64,000 bases of DNA from the NCBI RefSeq assembly GCF_054482525.1, contig NZ_CM137006.1. The stretch is one strand, 5' to 3'. The position numbers and the translations under genes are program-made. The notes under the pieces were generated by a model. The model was not told the origin of the DNA. It worked only from the letters and a program-made list of their open reading frames with translations, and searched no databases. Positions 17,634-28,787 of this stretch are shown here, piece after piece (position 1 is the first letter of the stretch; every line of letters begins with the position of its first letter).

Positions 17634-18338
17634 ATGTCCTCTAATTTTGAGCGTTCGCAACTGACGAAAATTATGATTTCGTCTGCACCGGTAACAGCAG
17701 AAACCCTGGATTCTGCCAGCTATCTTGGCCTGAGCTGTACAATCAAAGAGGTGCAGTTTACCGCAGGACAAAAGCAGGATATTGATGTCACCACGCTGTG
17801 TTCTGTTGAGCAGGAAAATATTAACGGCCTTGGTGCCGCGTCAGAGATTTCCATGTCAGGCAACTTTTACCTCAATGCTGCCCAGAACGCGTTGCGCAGT
17901 GCCTATGACAATGACACCACGTATGGCTTTAAAGTTATTTTTCCGTCAGGCAACGGATTTACCTTTATGGCAGAGGTGCGTCAGCATACCTGGTCTGCAG
18001 GAACTAATGGTGTTGTGGCTGCAACGTTTTCCCTGCGCCTGAAAGGTAAACCTGTGCTGACGACAGAGCCGCTGAAAGTGAAGGTCGATTTAAACAGCAC
18101 GCTGCAGGTTTCTGCCGGAGCGAAACTCGAAATGGTGGTTGAGGCTGCCGGTGGTGTGCCGCCTTATTCTTATGTCTGGAAGAAAGGTAGTTCTCCTGTT
18201 TCCGGACAGACGGCGGCAACATTCAGTAAGGCATCAGCAGCATCAGGTGATGCCGGTGCGTATACCTGCGAGATTTCTGATTCAGCAAGCCCTGTTAACA
18301 AGGTGACCTCCACTTCCTGCACTGTTACCGTCAGTTAA
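17634..18338 (+). CDS. major tail protein with a C-terminal Ig-like (Big_2-type) domain
   Basis: SD caggagacgagtATG; the C-terminal 90 aa (VSAGAKLEMVVEAAGGVPPYSYVWKKG...YTCEISD) form an Ig-like module, as in lambda gpV. Confidence 0.8.
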   Translation: MSSNFERSQLTKIMISSAPVTAETLDSASYLGLSCTIKEVQFTAGQKQDIDVTTLCSVEQENINGLGAASEISMSGNFYLNAAQNALRSAYDNDTTYGFKVIFPSGNGFTFMAEVRQHTWSAGTNGVVAATFSLRLKGKPVLTTEPLKVKVDLNSTLQVSAGAKLEMVVEAAGGVPPYSYVWKKGSSPVSGQTAATFSKASAASGDAGAYTCEISDSASPVNKVTSTSCTVTVS

Positions 18339-18724
18339 TGAGGATAGATGTGATGACTAAAAATATCCGCAATCTGGCACTGGCAACGATGTCGGGGTTT
18401 CGCCATAAAACTGTTGATGTGCCTGAATGGGAAGGGGCAACGGTTGTATTACGGGAACCTTCTGCAGAAGCCTGGTTGCGCTGGCAGGAGATCGTTAAAG
18501 CAAAAGATGATGAGACACCGTTATCCGTTGCGGAGCGCGCCCGCCGAAATCTGGAGGCAGATGTTGAACTGTTCATTGATGTTCTGTGTGATACCGGACT
18601 GCAACCTGTATTTTCAGAGGATGATCGTGAACAGGTGATTGCCGTGTATGGCCCGGTGCATGCGCGGCTTCTTCGGCAGTCTCTGGAACTGATCAGTGAT
18701 GCCGGCGAGGTTAAAAAAAAGTAG
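18338..18724 (+). CDS. tail assembly chaperone G
   Basis: 128 aa; ends ...GEVKKK on the slippery run AAAAAAAAG. Confidence 0.75.
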   Translation: MRIDVMTKNIRNLALATMSGFRHKTVDVPEWEGATVVLREPSAEAWLRWQEIVKAKDDETPLSVAERARRNLEADVELFIDVLCDTGLQPVFSEDDREQVIAVYGPVHARLLRQSLELISDAGEVKKK

Positions 18725-19026
18725 AGCTTCCGGGGATGCGTTTTCTGATGATGCTGGCGCTCAGGATGGGGCGCACATTGTCAGAGTTACGCCGGGAAAT
18801 GTCCGCATCAGAAATCATGATGTGGGCAGAATTTGACAGGTTCAGCCCGCTGGGTGACGAGCGGGCTGATATCCGGGCTGCCCAGATAGTTTCTGCGGTT
18901 TACGGTGCGCAGGGTGTCAAAGTCCCACTGAATGATGCGCTTCTTCAGTGGGAACAAGAGCAGACAGAAGGCGTCTCAGATCCATTTGCCGGACTGGAAA
19001 ACGCGCTTTTAATAGTGTCTCAGTGA
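18338..19026 (+). CDS. tail assembly chaperone G-T fusion made by a programmed -1 frameshift (downstream ORF 18736-19026 lies in the -1 frame)
   Basis: G is in frame 2 and the 96-aa downstream ORF in frame 1 (-1 shift); an A8G heptamer sits at the end of G. Confidence 0.65.
18712..18720 (+). other. -1 ribosomal frameshift slippery site (A AAA AAA AG)
   Basis: Run of eight A followed by G at the G/T junction. Confidence 0.6.
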
Positions 19027-19034
19027 GTCAACAT

Positions 19035-19056
19035 AACCGCTTCGGCGGTTTTTTTC
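19035..19056 (+). terminator. intrinsic terminator between the G-T gene and the tape measure gene
   Basis: accgc-ttcg-gcggt hairpin + T8. Confidence 0.65.
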
Positions 19057-19065
19057 GTCCGGAGA

Positions 19066-22000
19066 ATGAGTGTGGCGACATTACGTGAACTGATTATTAA
19101 AATCTCGGCAAATTCCCGGTCATTCCAGTCAGAGATCTCCCGGGCTTCGCGTATGGGGCAGGATTACTACCGTACCATGCAGAACGGAGGCCGGCAGTCC
19201 GCTGCTGCATCCCGTGAAATGCGGCGTGCACTGGCAGAAGTGACGGATCAGATAAATACAGCTAAATCTTCGGCACTGAATATGGCGGGGGCATTTGCCG
19301 GAGCTTTTGCTACCGGTCATCTTATTTCTCTCGCCGATGAGTGGAATTCAGTAAATGCCCGTCTGAAGCAGGCTTCACAGTCCAGTGATGATTTTCAGGT
19401 ATCACAACGTGAATTAATGGCAATCAGCCAGAGAACGGGAACGGCGTTTTCTGATAACGCCAGCCTTTTTGCCCGCTCTGCAGCTTCCATGCGGGAGTAT
19501 GGCTACAGTTCTGAGGAGGTACTGAAAGTCACCGAGGCGATCTCCACGGGCCTGAAATTATCCGGTGCCAGTACAGCAGAAGCCAGTTCGGTGATCACGC
19601 AGTTCAGTCAGGCACTGGCGCAGGGAGTGCTGCGCGGTGAAGAATTTAACGCTGTGAATGAGAACGGCGATCGTGTTATTCGTGCGCTGGCTGCGGGAAT
19701 GGGTGTTGCCCGTAAGGATCTGAAGGCCATGGCGGATAACGGAAAACTGACCGCCGATAAGGTTGTTCCTGCACTGATTAGTCAGCTTGGGGCGTTGCGT
19801 GATGAATATGCAGCAATGCCTGATACTGTTTCATCCTCTGCAACCAAAGTTGAAAACGCCTTTATGGCCTGGGTTGGTGGTGCGAACGAGGCAAGCGGAG
19901 TGACAAAGACACTCACCGGGGTGTTGAATGGTGTTGCAGACAATATTGATACCGTGGCTGCTGCAGCTGGCGCACTGGTTGCCGTCGGGGTAGCCCGATA
20001 TTTTGGCAATATGGCGTCGTCTGCTGGATCTGCAACTGCCGGATTAATTACTGCATCCAGAAACGAAGTGGCTCTTGCTGAAGCGCAACTTCGGGGGACA
20101 CAGATAGCAACCGCCAGGGCGCGTGCGGCGGTTTATCGTGCGCAACAGGCGGTTGTTGCTGCTCGCGGTACCGAAAGGCAGGCCGCAGCAGAAGCGAAGC
20201 TGACAGCTGCCCAGGCGTCACTTACCCGTAATATTGCGGCCAGAACAGCGGCACAGACAACGCTGAATACTGTCACGTCAGTGGGGAGTCGTCTGTTAAG
20301 TGGTGCGCTGGGGTTGGTTGGTGGTGTGCCGGGACTCGTCATGCTGGGGGCGACGGCCTGGTACACGATGTATCAGAATCAGGAGCAGGCCAGAGAATCT
20401 GCACGCCAGTATGCCGCAACAATCGACGAAATTCGCCAGAAAACGTCGGCAATGTCGCTTCCTGAAGCGTCAGATAATGAGGAAAAGACGCGGCAGGCAC
20501 TTGATGAGCAAAACAGGTTAATTGACGAGCAGAAAAGTAAGATTAAATCCTTACAGGAAAAAATTGCTGGCTATCAGTATGTGCTGGCAAACCCGGGCTG
20601 GACAACCGATAACGGTTTTATGATTAACCACATGACGTCGGTAAAAACTGTCACAGAAGGGCTTGCAGAAGCAACAAATCAACTGGCAGTTGAACAGTCC
20701 CGTCTCACACAAATGCAGGGCAAAGCGCAATCCATTCAGGATGTGCTTGCCGGGCTGGAGGAGCGACGGGTGGCGTTGATCCGTCAACAGGCCGCGGAAC
20801 AAAACAAAGCGTATCAGTCCCTGTTGATCATGAATGGGCAGCATACCGAGTTTAATCGCCTTCTCGGGCTCGGTAATGAATTACTTCAGCAGCGACAGGG
20901 GCTGGTGAATGTACCGTTACGGCTACCACAGGCAACCCTGGATGATAAACAGCAGACCGCACTGAATAACAGCGAGCGCGAACTGGCTCTGTCCCGCCTG
21001 AAGGGGGAAGCCCGTGAGCGTGCCCGCCTGGGTTATGCTGCGGATGATCTCGGCTTTGTGGGAGAGGCGTATCAGACAGCCAGACAGAATTATATCAATA
21101 CCTCACTGGATGCCTGGCGAAATAACCAGGTAAATAAACCCAAAGCGCATAAAAAGACCGAAGCGGAAAAAACAGAAGATATTTATAAACGGCTGATTAA
21201 ACAGCAAAAAGAACAAATAGCACTGGCAGGGCAGAATACTGAACTGGCTAAGATGAAATATCAGGTCAGTCAGGGCGAATTATCAACCCTGTCAGAAGCG
21301 CAGAAAAAAACGCTTTTGCAGAATGCAGCACTTATCGACCAGAAAAAGATTCGTGAGCAGCTTGCTGCGTATGAGAGCAGTCTGGCGGACAGTAATGCCA
21401 GTGCCCGGGCATCTGACGAAGCGCAGTTGTTGGGATATGGTGAAGGCTCACGGATGCGTGAACGACTCCAGGAAATGTGGAGTATCCGGCAGGCGTTTGA
21501 GCAGAAAAATAACGAGCTACTGAGACAGTATCAGGCCGGAGAAATTGAAGAAGCCCTGTGGAAACAGGAAAAATCGCTGAATGAAAAATATCTGGAAGAG
21601 CGTCTCAGCGATCAGCAGGATTATTATGCAAAGGCTGATGCTTTACGCAGTGACTGGAATGCCGGCCTCCAGGAGGGACTGACGAACTGGGCAGACAGTG
21701 CCACCGATTATGCTTCGCAGGCGGCAGATGCTGTCGTTTCCACTATGGACGGGCTGGTATCAAATATTTCCGATGCACTGGCCGGAAATGTTGTGGACTG
21801 GCGAAACTGGGGGAGTTCAATTCTCCAGGAAGTTTCAAAAATTCTGATGAACGCTGCCATCGTTAACGGGCTGAAGTCACTTTCCAAAAGCATGTCCGGT
21901 GCCGGAGGATGGCTTGGTACGGTCGGCGACTGGCTTTCCGGTGCAGTGGCAAACGCAAAAGGTGGTGTTTATACATCTGCAAATCTGAGTGCTTACAGTA

Positions 22001-22311
22001 ACACCATTGTGGATACCCCGACGTATTTTGCTTTTGCGAAAGGTGCCGGGCTGATGGGCGAGGCCGGGCCTGAAGCTATCATGCCACTGACCCGGGCAGC
22101 GGACGGCTCTCTTGGAGTCAGAGCCATTGGCAATGTGAATGGTGGCGGGGGATTTGTTTATTCTCCCGTGTATCACATCAGTATTCAGAATAAAGGGAGC
22201 AATGGCGAGATAGATACGCAGTCAGCCAGGGGGCTGGTGGATCTGATCGACAGCAGGGTTGTGTCAATTATGCAGTCATCACGTCGGGACGGAGGATTAT
22301 ACAGTGCCTGA
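19066..22311 (+). CDS. tail tape measure protein
   Basis: 1081 aa; Ala/Gln-rich coiled-coil-like sequence with a C-terminal hydrophobic segment. Confidence 0.9.
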   Translation: MSVATLRELIIKISANSRSFQSEISRASRMGQDYYRTMQNGGRQSAAASREMRRALAEVTDQINTAKSSALNMAGAFAGAFATGHLISLADEWNSVNARLKQASQSSDDFQVSQRELMAISQRTGTAFSDNASLFARSAASMREYGYSSEEVLKVTEAISTGLKLSGASTAEASSVITQFSQALAQGVLRGEEFNAVNENGDRVIRALAAGMGVARKDLKAMADNGKLTADKVVPALISQLGALRDEYAAMPDTVSSSATKVENAFMAWVGGANEASGVTKTLTGVLNGVADNIDTVAAAAGALVAVGVARYFGNMASSAGSATAGLITASRNEVALAEAQLRGTQIATARARAAVYRAQQAVVAARGTERQAAAEAKLTAAQASLTRNIAARTAAQTTLNTVTSVGSRLLSGALGLVGGVPGLVMLGATAWYTMYQNQEQARESARQYAATIDEIRQKTSAMSLPEASDNEEKTRQALDEQNRLIDEQKSKIKSLQEKIAGYQYVLANPGWTTDNGFMINHMTSVKTVTEGLAEATNQLAVEQSRLTQMQGKAQSIQDVLAGLEERRVALIRQQAAEQNKAYQSLLIMNGQHTEFNRLLGLGNELLQQRQGLVNVPLRLPQATLDDKQQTALNNSERELALSRLKGEARERARLGYAADDLGFVGEAYQTARQNYINTSLDAWRNNQVNKPKAHKKTEAEKTEDIYKRLIKQQKEQIALAGQNTELAKMKYQVSQGELSTLSEAQKKTLLQNAALIDQKKIREQLAAYESSLADSNASARASDEAQLLGYGEGSRMRERLQEMWSIRQAFEQKNNELLRQYQAGEIEEALWKQEKSLNEKYLEERLSDQQDYYAKADALRSDWNAGLQEGLTNWADSATDYASQAADAVVSTMDGLVSNISDALAGNVVDWRNWGSSILQEVSKILMNAAIVNGLKSLSKSMSGAGGWLGTVGDWLSGAVANAKGGVYTSANLSAYSNTIVDTPTYFAFAKGAGLMGEAGPEAIMPLTRAADGSLGVRAIGNVNGGGGFVYSPVYHISIQNKGSNGEIDTQSARGLVDLIDSRVVSIMQSSRRDGGLYSA

Positions 22312-22645
22312 GCCTGAAGTTTTTAACTGGATCCCCCGCGAGGGGATGGAGACGACACGAAAGCCATCTGTTATTACGGTAAAGTTCGGTGACGGATATG
22401 AACAGCGGCGGGCTGGTGGTCTGAATGCGGATCTGAAAACGTTTAAACCGGTGTTTCGTGTCACAGATGAATATTCCCGTGCTGCGCTGGACAGTTTTTT
22501 ATCCCGTCATGCCGGGATACGTGCTTTTTTGTGGCGTCCGCCAAAACACAACAGAACCGTCCGGGTTGTCTGCAGGGAGTGGAGTATTTCGGATAATGCC
22601 ATGTATACCGATTTTAACTGTACCTTTGAAGAGGTCACTCACTGA
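22304..22645 (+). CDS. minor tail protein M; probable GTG start overlapping the tape measure stop
   Basis: Aligns with lambda gpM (FNWIPREGMET...VKFGDGYEQR vs FRWKVKPGMDV...VRFGDGYSQR). Confidence 0.75.
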   Translation: MPEPEVFNWIPREGMETTRKPSVITVKFGDGYEQRRAGGLNADLKTFKPVFRVTDEYSRAALDSFLSRHAGIRAFLWRPPKHNRTVRVVCREWSISDNAMYTDFNCTFEEVTH

Positions 22646-23343
22646 TGCAGGATATACAGCAGGAAACACTGAATGAGTGTACAAAAGCGGAGCAATCCGC
22701 GCTGGTCGTGCTCTGGGAAGTCGATCTGACAGAAGTCGGCGGAGAGCGTTATTTTTTCTGTAATGAGCAGAACGAAAAAGGTGAGTCAGTCACCTGGCAG
22801 GGGCGACAGTATCAGGCGTACCCTATTCAGGGAAGCGGCTTTGAGATGAACGGCAAAGGAGCCAGTGCAAGACCAACGCTGAAAGTCTCTAACCTGCACG
22901 GCATGGTCACCGGGATGGCGGAAGACCTGCAAAGTCTGGTCGGCGGAACGGTGGTCAGGCGTAAGGTTTACGCCCGTTTTCTGGATGCGGTGAACTTCGT
23001 CAACGGAAACAGTGACGCCGATCCGGAGCAGGAGGTGATCAGCCGCTGGCGCATCGAGCAGTGCAGCGAACTGAGCGCGGTCAGTGCCTCCTTTGTGTTG
23101 TCCACACCGACGGAAACGGATGGTGCCGTTTTTCCGGGGCGCACCATGCTGGCCAACACCTGCACCTGGACCTATCGCGGTGATGAGTGCGGTTATAATG
23201 GTCCGGCTGTCGCGGATGAATATGACCAGCCGACGTCCGATATCACGAAGGATAAATGTAGCAAATGCCTGAGTGGCTGTAAGTTTCGCAATAACGTCGG
23301 CAACTTTGGCGGCTTCCTTTCCATTAACAAACTTTCGCAGTAA
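22645..23343 (+). CDS. minor tail protein L
   Basis: 232 aa; lambda gpL-like, including the C-terminal Cys cluster. Confidence 0.85.
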   Translation: MQDIQQETLNECTKAEQSALVVLWEVDLTEVGGERYFFCNEQNEKGESVTWQGRQYQAYPIQGSGFEMNGKGASARPTLKVSNLHGMVTGMAEDLQSLVGGTVVRRKVYARFLDAVNFVNGNSDADPEQEVISRWRIEQCSELSAVSASFVLSTPTETDGAVFPGRTMLANTCTWTYRGDECGYNGPAVADEYDQPTSDITKDKCSKCLSGCKFRNNVGNFGGFLSINKLSQ

Positions 23344-23348
23344 ATCCC

Positions 23349-24092
23349 ATGACAGAGACAGAATCAGCGATTCTGGCGCACGCCCGGCGATGTGCGCCAG
23401 CGGAGTCGTGCGGCTTCGTGGTGAGAACGCCGGAGGGGGAAAGATATTTTCCCTGCGTGAATATCTCCGGTGAGCCGGAGGAGTATTTCCGGATGTCGCC
23501 GGAGGACTGGCTGCAGGCAGAGATGCAGGGTGAGATTGTGGCGCTGGTCCACAGCCATCCCGGTGGTCTGTCCTGGCTGAGTGAAGCCGACCGGCGGCTG
23601 CAGGTGCAGAGTGATTTACCGTGGTGGCTGGTCTGCCGCGGGGAGATTCATAAATTCCGCTGTGTGCCGTATCTCACCGGGCGGCGCTTTGAGCACGGGG
23701 TGACGGACTGTTACACGCTGTTCCGGGACGCTTACCATCTGGCGGGGATTGAGATGCCGGATTTTCACCGCGAGGATGACTGGTGGCGTAACGGCCAGAA
23801 TCTCTATCTGGATAATCTGGAGGCCACAGGGCTGTATCAGGTGCCGTTGTCATCGGCCCAGCCGGGCGATGTGCTGCTGTGCTGTTTTGGTTCATCGGTG
23901 CCGAATCATGCCGCCATTTACTGCGGCGACGGCGAGCTGTTGCACCATATTCCTGAACAACTGAGCAAACGAGAGAGGTATACCGACAAATGGCAGCGAC
24001 GCACACACTCCCTCTGGCGTCACCAGGCATGGCACGCATCTGCCTTTACGGGGATTTGCAACGATTTGGCCGCCGCATCGACCTTCGTGTGA
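23349..24092 (+). CDS. tail assembly protein K (MPN/JAB + NlpC/P60 domains)
   Basis: HSHP motif and a Cys-His peptidase segment; lambda gpK-like. Confidence 0.85.
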   Translation: MTETESAILAHARRCAPAESCGFVVRTPEGERYFPCVNISGEPEEYFRMSPEDWLQAEMQGEIVALVHSHPGGLSWLSEADRRLQVQSDLPWWLVCRGEIHKFRCVPYLTGRRFEHGVTDCYTLFRDAYHLAGIEMPDFHREDDWWRNGQNLYLDNLEATGLYQVPLSSAQPGDVLLCCFGSSVPNHAAIYCGDGELLHHIPEQLSKRERYTDKWQRRTHSLWRHQAWHASAFTGICNDLAAASTFV

Positions 24093-24637
24093 AAACGGGG
24101 GCTGAAGCCATCCGGGCGCTGTCCACACAGGTCCCGGCGTTTCGTCAGAAACTGAATGACGGCTGGTATCAGGTGCGCATTGCCGGGCGTGATGCAGGTG
24201 AAACCGAATTATCTGCCCGTCTTAATGAGCCGCTGGCAAATGGTGCAGTGATCCACATCGTGCCGCGTCTGGCGGGAGCCAAAAGTGGCGGTGTTTTTCA
24301 GGCGGTGCTGGGTGCGGCGCTGATTGCGGTGGCGTGGTGGAACCCCGCAGGCTGGCTGGGTGCCGCGGCTTTATCGGGCATGTATGCGGCTGGGGCCAGT
24401 ATGATCCTGGGTGGTGTGGCGCAGATGCTGGCACCGAAAGCCCGGACGCCCACGGCAGCCAGTACAGATAACGGCAAACAGAACACGTATTTCTCGTCAC
24501 TGGATAACATGGTTGCCCAGGGCAATGTTCTGCCCGTTCTGTACGGTGAAATGCGTGTGGGGTCGCGAGTGGTATCTCAGGAGATCAGCACGGCAGATGA
24601 AGGTGATGGTGGTCAGGTTGTGGTGATTGGTCGCTGA
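23990..24637 (+). CDS. tail assembly protein I; start uncertain, overlaps K as in lambda
   Basis: C-terminal hydrophobic Gly/Ala-rich segment; gene order K-I-J. Confidence 0.7.
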   Translation: MAATHTLPLASPGMARICLYGDLQRFGRRIDLRVKTGAEAIRALSTQVPAFRQKLNDGWYQVRIAGRDAGETELSARLNEPLANGAVIHIVPRLAGAKSGGVFQAVLGAALIAVAWWNPAGWLGAAALSGMYAAGASMILGGVAQMLAPKARTPTAASTDNGKQNTYFSSLDNMVAQGNVLPVLYGEMRVGSRVVSQEISTADEGDGGQVVVIGR

Positions 24638-24697
24638 TGCAAAATGTTTTATGTGAAACCGCCTGCGGGCGGTTTTGTCGTTTATGGAGCGTGAAGA

Positions 24698-27600
24698 ATG
24701 GGTAAAGGCAGCAGTAAGGGGCATACCCCGCGCGAAGCGAAGGACAACCTGAAGTCCACGCAGTTGCTGAGTGTGATCGATGCCATCAGCGAAGGGCCGA
24801 TTGACGGTCCGGTGGATGGATTAAAAAGCGTGCTGCTGAACAGTACGCCAGTGCTGGACACTGAGGGGAATACCAACATCTCCGGCGTCACGGTGGTGTT
24901 CCGGGCAGGTGAGCAGGAGCAGACTCCGCCGGAGGGGTTTGAATCCTCCGGCTCCGAGACGGTGCTCGGTACAGAAGTGAAATATGACACGCCGATCACC
25001 CGGACCATCACGTCGGCAAACATTGACCGTCTGCGTTTTACTTTCGGCGTGCAGACACTGGTGGAAACCACCTCAAAGGGGGACAGGAATCCGTCGGAAG
25101 TCCGCCTGCTGGTTCAGATACAGCGTAACGGTGGCTGGGTGACGGAAAAAGACATCACCATTAAGGGCAAAACCACCTCGCAGTATCTGGCCTCGGTGGT
25201 GGTGGGTAACCTGCCGCCGCGCCCGTTTAATATCCGGATGCGCAGGATGACGCCGGACAGCACCACAGACCAGCTGCAGAACAAAACGCTCTGGTCGTCA
25301 TACACCGAAATCATCGATGTGAAACAGTGCTACCCGAACACGGCACTGGTCGGCGTGCAGGTGGACTCGGAACAGTTCGGCAGTCAGCAGGTGAGCCGTA
25401 ATTATCATCTTCGCGGGCGCATTCTGCAGGTGCCGTCGAACTATAACCCGCAGACGCGGCAATACAGCGGTATCTGGGACGGAACGTTTAAGCCAGCATA
25501 CAGCAACAACATGGCCTGGTGTCTGTGGGATATGCTGACCCATCCGCGCTACGGCATGGGGAAGCGTCTCGGTGCGGCGGATGTGGACAAATGGGCGCTG
25601 TATGTCATCGGCCAGAATTGCGACCAGTCGGTGCCGGATGGCTTTGGTGGCACGGAGCCGCGCATCACCTGTAATGCCTGGCTGACCACACAGCGTAAGG
25701 CGTGGGATGTTCTCAGTGATTTCTGCTCGGCGATGCGCTGTATGCCGGTATGGAACGGGCAGACGCTGACGTTCGTGCAGGACCGACCATCAGATAAGGT
25801 GTGGACCTATAACCGCAGTAATGTGGTGATGCCGGATGATGGCGCGCCGTTCCGCTACAGCTTCAGCGCCCTGAAGGACCGCCATAATGCCGTTGAGGTG
25901 AACTGGATTGACCCGAACAACGGCTGGGAGACGGCGACAGAGCTTGTTGAAGATACGCAGGCCATTGCCCGTTACGGTCGTAACGTCACGAAGATGGATG
26001 CCTTTGGCTGTACCAGCCGGGGGCAGGCACACCGCGCCGGGCTGTGGCTGATTAAAACGGAACTGCTGGAAACGCAGACCGTGGACTTCAGCGTGGGCGC
26101 AGAAGGGCTTCGCCATGTACCGGGCGATGTCATTGAAATCTGTGATGATGACTATGCCGGTATCAGCACCGGTGGTCGTGTGCTGGCGGTGAACAGCCAG
26201 ACCCGGACGCTGACGCTCGACCGTGAAATCACGCTGCCATCCTCCGGTACCACGCTGATAAGCCTGGTTGACGGAAGTGGCAATCCGGTCAGCGTGGAGG
26301 TTCAGTCCGTCACCGACGGCGTGAAGGTAAAAGTGAGCCGTGTTCCTGACGGTGTTGCTGAATACAGCGTATGGGGGCTGAAGCTGCCGACGCTGCGCCA
26401 GCGCCTGTTCCGCTGTGTGAGTATCCGGGAGAACGATGACGGTACGTATGCCATCACCGCCGTGCAGCATGTACCGGAAAAAGAAGCCATCGTGGATAAC
26501 GGGGCGCACTTTGACGGCGACCAGAGCGGCACGGTGAATGGTGTCACGCCGCCAGCGGTGCAGCACCTGACCGCCGAAGTCACCGCAGACAGCGGGGAAT
26601 ATCAGGTGCTGGCGCGATGGGACACGCCGAAGGTGGTGAAGGGCGTGAGCTTCCTGCTTCGCCTTACCGTGGCAGCGGACGACGGCAGTGAGCGGCTGGT
26701 CAGCATGGCCCGGACGACGGAAACCACATACCGCTTCAGGCAACTGGCGCTGGGGCGTTACACGCTGACGGTCCGGGCGGTAAATGCGTGGGGGCAGCAG
26801 GGCGATCCGGCATCGGTATCGTTCCGGATTGCGGCACCGGCAGCGCCTGTCACTATTGAACTGATACCAGGGTATTTTCAGATAACAGCGGTCCCGAAAC
26901 TGGCTGTATATGACCCGACGGTGCAGTTTGAGTTCTGGTTCTCGGAAACGCGGATTACCGATATCAGGCAGGTTGAAACCACAGCCCGCTACCTTGGCAC
27001 GGGGCTGTACTGGATAGCCGCCAGTATCAATATCAAACCGGGCCATGATTATTACTTTTATATCCGCAGTGTGAACACCGTTGGCAAATCGGCATTCGTG
27101 GAGTCCGTCGGTCGGGCGAGCGATGATGCGGAAGGTTACCTGGATTTTTTCAAAGGCAAGATAACCGAATCCCATCTCGGCAAGGAGCTGCTGGAAAAAG
27201 TCGATCTGACGGAGGATAACGCCAGCAGACTGGATGAGTTTTCGAAAGAGTGGAAGGATGCCAACGATAAATGGAATGCCATGTGGGCTGTCAAAATTGA
27301 GCAGACCAAAGACGGCAAACATTATGTCGCGGGTATTGGCCTCAGTATGGAGGACACGGAGGAAGGCAAACTGAGCCAGTTTCTGGTTGCCGCTAACCGT
27401 ATCGCGTTTATTGACCCGGCAAACGGGAATGAAACGCCGATGTTTGTGGCGCAGGGCAATCAGATATTCATGAACGACGTGTTCCTGAAACGCCTGACGG
27501 CCCCCACCATTACCAGTGGTGGAAATCCACCGGCATTTTCCCTGACACCGGATGGGCGGCTGACGGCGAAAAATGCCGATATCAGCGGTAACGTGAATGC

Positions 27601-28093
27601 GAACTCCGGGACGCTCAACAACGTCACGATTAACGAGAACTGTCGGGTTCTGGGAAAACTGTCCGCGAACCAGATTGAAGGCGATCTCGTTAAAACAGTG
27701 GGCAAAGCTTTCCCCCGGGACTCCCGTGCACCGGAACGGTGGCCATCAGGGACCATTACCGTCAGGGTTTATGACGATCAGCCGTTTGACCGGCAGATTG
27801 TTATTCCGGCGGTGGCATTCAGCGGCGCTAAACATGAGAGAGAGCATACTGATATTTACTCCTCATGCCGTCTGATAGTGCGGAAAAACGGTGCTGAAAT
27901 TTATAACCGTACCGCGCTGGATAATACGCTGATTTACAGTGGCGTTATTGATATGCCTGCCGGTCACGGTCACATGACGCTGGAGTTTTCGGTGTCAGCA
28001 TGGCTGGTAAATGACTGGTATCCCACTGCGAGCATCAGCGATTTGCTGGTTGTGGTGATGAAGAAAGCCACTGCAGGCATCACTATTAGCTGA
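24698..28093 (+). CDS. host specificity / central tail fiber protein J
   Basis: 1131 aa; lambda gpJ-like N-terminus; fibronectin-type repeats. Confidence 0.9.
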   Translation: MGKGSSKGHTPREAKDNLKSTQLLSVIDAISEGPIDGPVDGLKSVLLNSTPVLDTEGNTNISGVTVVFRAGEQEQTPPEGFESSGSETVLGTEVKYDTPITRTITSANIDRLRFTFGVQTLVETTSKGDRNPSEVRLLVQIQRNGGWVTEKDITIKGKTTSQYLASVVVGNLPPRPFNIRMRRMTPDSTTDQLQNKTLWSSYTEIIDVKQCYPNTALVGVQVDSEQFGSQQVSRNYHLRGRILQVPSNYNPQTRQYSGIWDGTFKPAYSNNMAWCLWDMLTHPRYGMGKRLGAADVDKWALYVIGQNCDQSVPDGFGGTEPRITCNAWLTTQRKAWDVLSDFCSAMRCMPVWNGQTLTFVQDRPSDKVWTYNRSNVVMPDDGAPFRYSFSALKDRHNAVEVNWIDPNNGWETATELVEDTQAIARYGRNVTKMDAFGCTSRGQAHRAGLWLIKTELLETQTVDFSVGAEGLRHVPGDVIEICDDDYAGISTGGRVLAVNSQTRTLTLDREITLPSSGTTLISLVDGSGNPVSVEVQSVTDGVKVKVSRVPDGVAEYSVWGLKLPTLRQRLFRCVSIRENDDGTYAITAVQHVPEKEAIVDNGAHFDGDQSGTVNGVTPPAVQHLTAEVTADSGEYQVLARWDTPKVVKGVSFLLRLTVAADDGSERLVSMARTTETTYRFRQLALGRYTLTVRAVNAWGQQGDPASVSFRIAAPAAPVTIELIPGYFQITAVPKLAVYDPTVQFEFWFSETRITDIRQVETTARYLGTGLYWIAASINIKPGHDYYFYIRSVNTVGKSAFVESVGRASDDAEGYLDFFKGKITESHLGKELLEKVDLTEDNASRLDEFSKEWKDANDKWNAMWAVKIEQTKDGKHYVAGIGLSMEDTEEGKLSQFLVAANRIAFIDPANGNETPMFVAQGNQIFMNDVFLKRLTAPTITSGGNPPAFSLTPDGRLTAKNADISGNVNANSGTLNNVTINENCRVLGKLSANQIEGDLVKTVGKAFPRDSRAPERWPSGTITVRVYDDQPFDRQIVIPAVAFSGAKHEREHTDIYSSCRLIVRKNGAEIYNRTALDNTLIYSGVIDMPAGHGHMTLEFSVSAWLVNDWYPTASISDLLVVVMKKATAGITIS

Positions 28094-28112
28094 ATTTTAT
28101 AACCCAGATACG

Positions 28113-28136
28113 GGCGCCAGAAATGGCGCCTTTTTT
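28113..28136 (+). terminator. intrinsic terminator after J
   Basis: ggcgcc-agaaat-ggcgcc + TTTTTT. Confidence 0.7.
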
Positions 28137-28160
28137 ATTGCAGAAAAGCGAGAGGTAATT

Positions 28161-28760
28161 ATGCGTAAATTATGTGCTGTTATTCTGTCCGCAGTAGTCT
28201 GGCTGGTTGCCGCTGGTACGCCAGCGAGCGCAGCAGAGCATCAGTCCACACTAAGCGCCGGGTATCTTCAGACCCATACTGATATGCCAGGCAGCGATGA
28301 CCTGAAGGGCATTAATGTGAAATACCGTTATGAATTTACGGACACGCTGGGGCTGGTGACGTCATTCAGTTATGCCAATGCCAAAGATGAGCAAAAAACG
28401 CATTACAGCGATACCCGCTGGCATGAAGATTCAGTGCGTAACCGCTGGTTCAGCATGATGGCGGGGCCATCTGTACGCGTGAATGAATGGTTCAGTGCTT
28501 ATGCGATGGCAGGTGTGGCTTACAGCCGTGTTTCGACTTTTTCCGGGGATTATCTCCGCGTAACTGACAGCAAGGGGAAAACGAACGATGTGCTGACCGG
28601 AAGTGATGATGATCGCCACAGCAACACGTCTCTGGCGTGGGGAACTGGCGTGCAGTTTAACCCGACCGAATCCGTGGCCGTTGATATTGCTTATGAAGGT
28701 TCCGGCAGTGGCGACTGGCGCACTGACGGTTTCATCGTGGGTGTCGGTTATAAATTCTGA
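28161..28760 (+). CDS. lom: Lom/Ail family outer-membrane beta-barrel protein
   Basis: Signal peptide, alternating beta-strand pattern, C-terminal ...VGVGYKF; position after J as in lambda. Confidence 0.85.
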   Translation: MRKLCAVILSAVVWLVAAGTPASAAEHQSTLSAGYLQTHTDMPGSDDLKGINVKYRYEFTDTLGLVTSFSYANAKDEQKTHYSDTRWHEDSVRNRWFSMMAGPSVRVNEWFSAYAMAGVAYSRVSTFSGDYLRVTDSKGKTNDVLTGSDDDRHSNTSLAWGTGVQFNPTESVAVDIAYEGSGSGDWRTDGFIVGVGYKF

Positions 28761-28787
28761 TTAGCCAGGTAACACAGTGTTATGACA

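Noticed and set aside
18736-19026. Independent 96-aa gene call for the T segment starting at the listed Met
   Set aside because: No SD and it sits in the -1 frame directly after the A8G run at the end of G; better explained as the frameshift extension of G
25790-27322. 510-aa ORF on the minus strand entirely inside the J gene
   Set aside because: GC-rich antisense frame of a well-supported 1131-aa J gene; Arg/Pro/His-rich low-complexity translation; no SD
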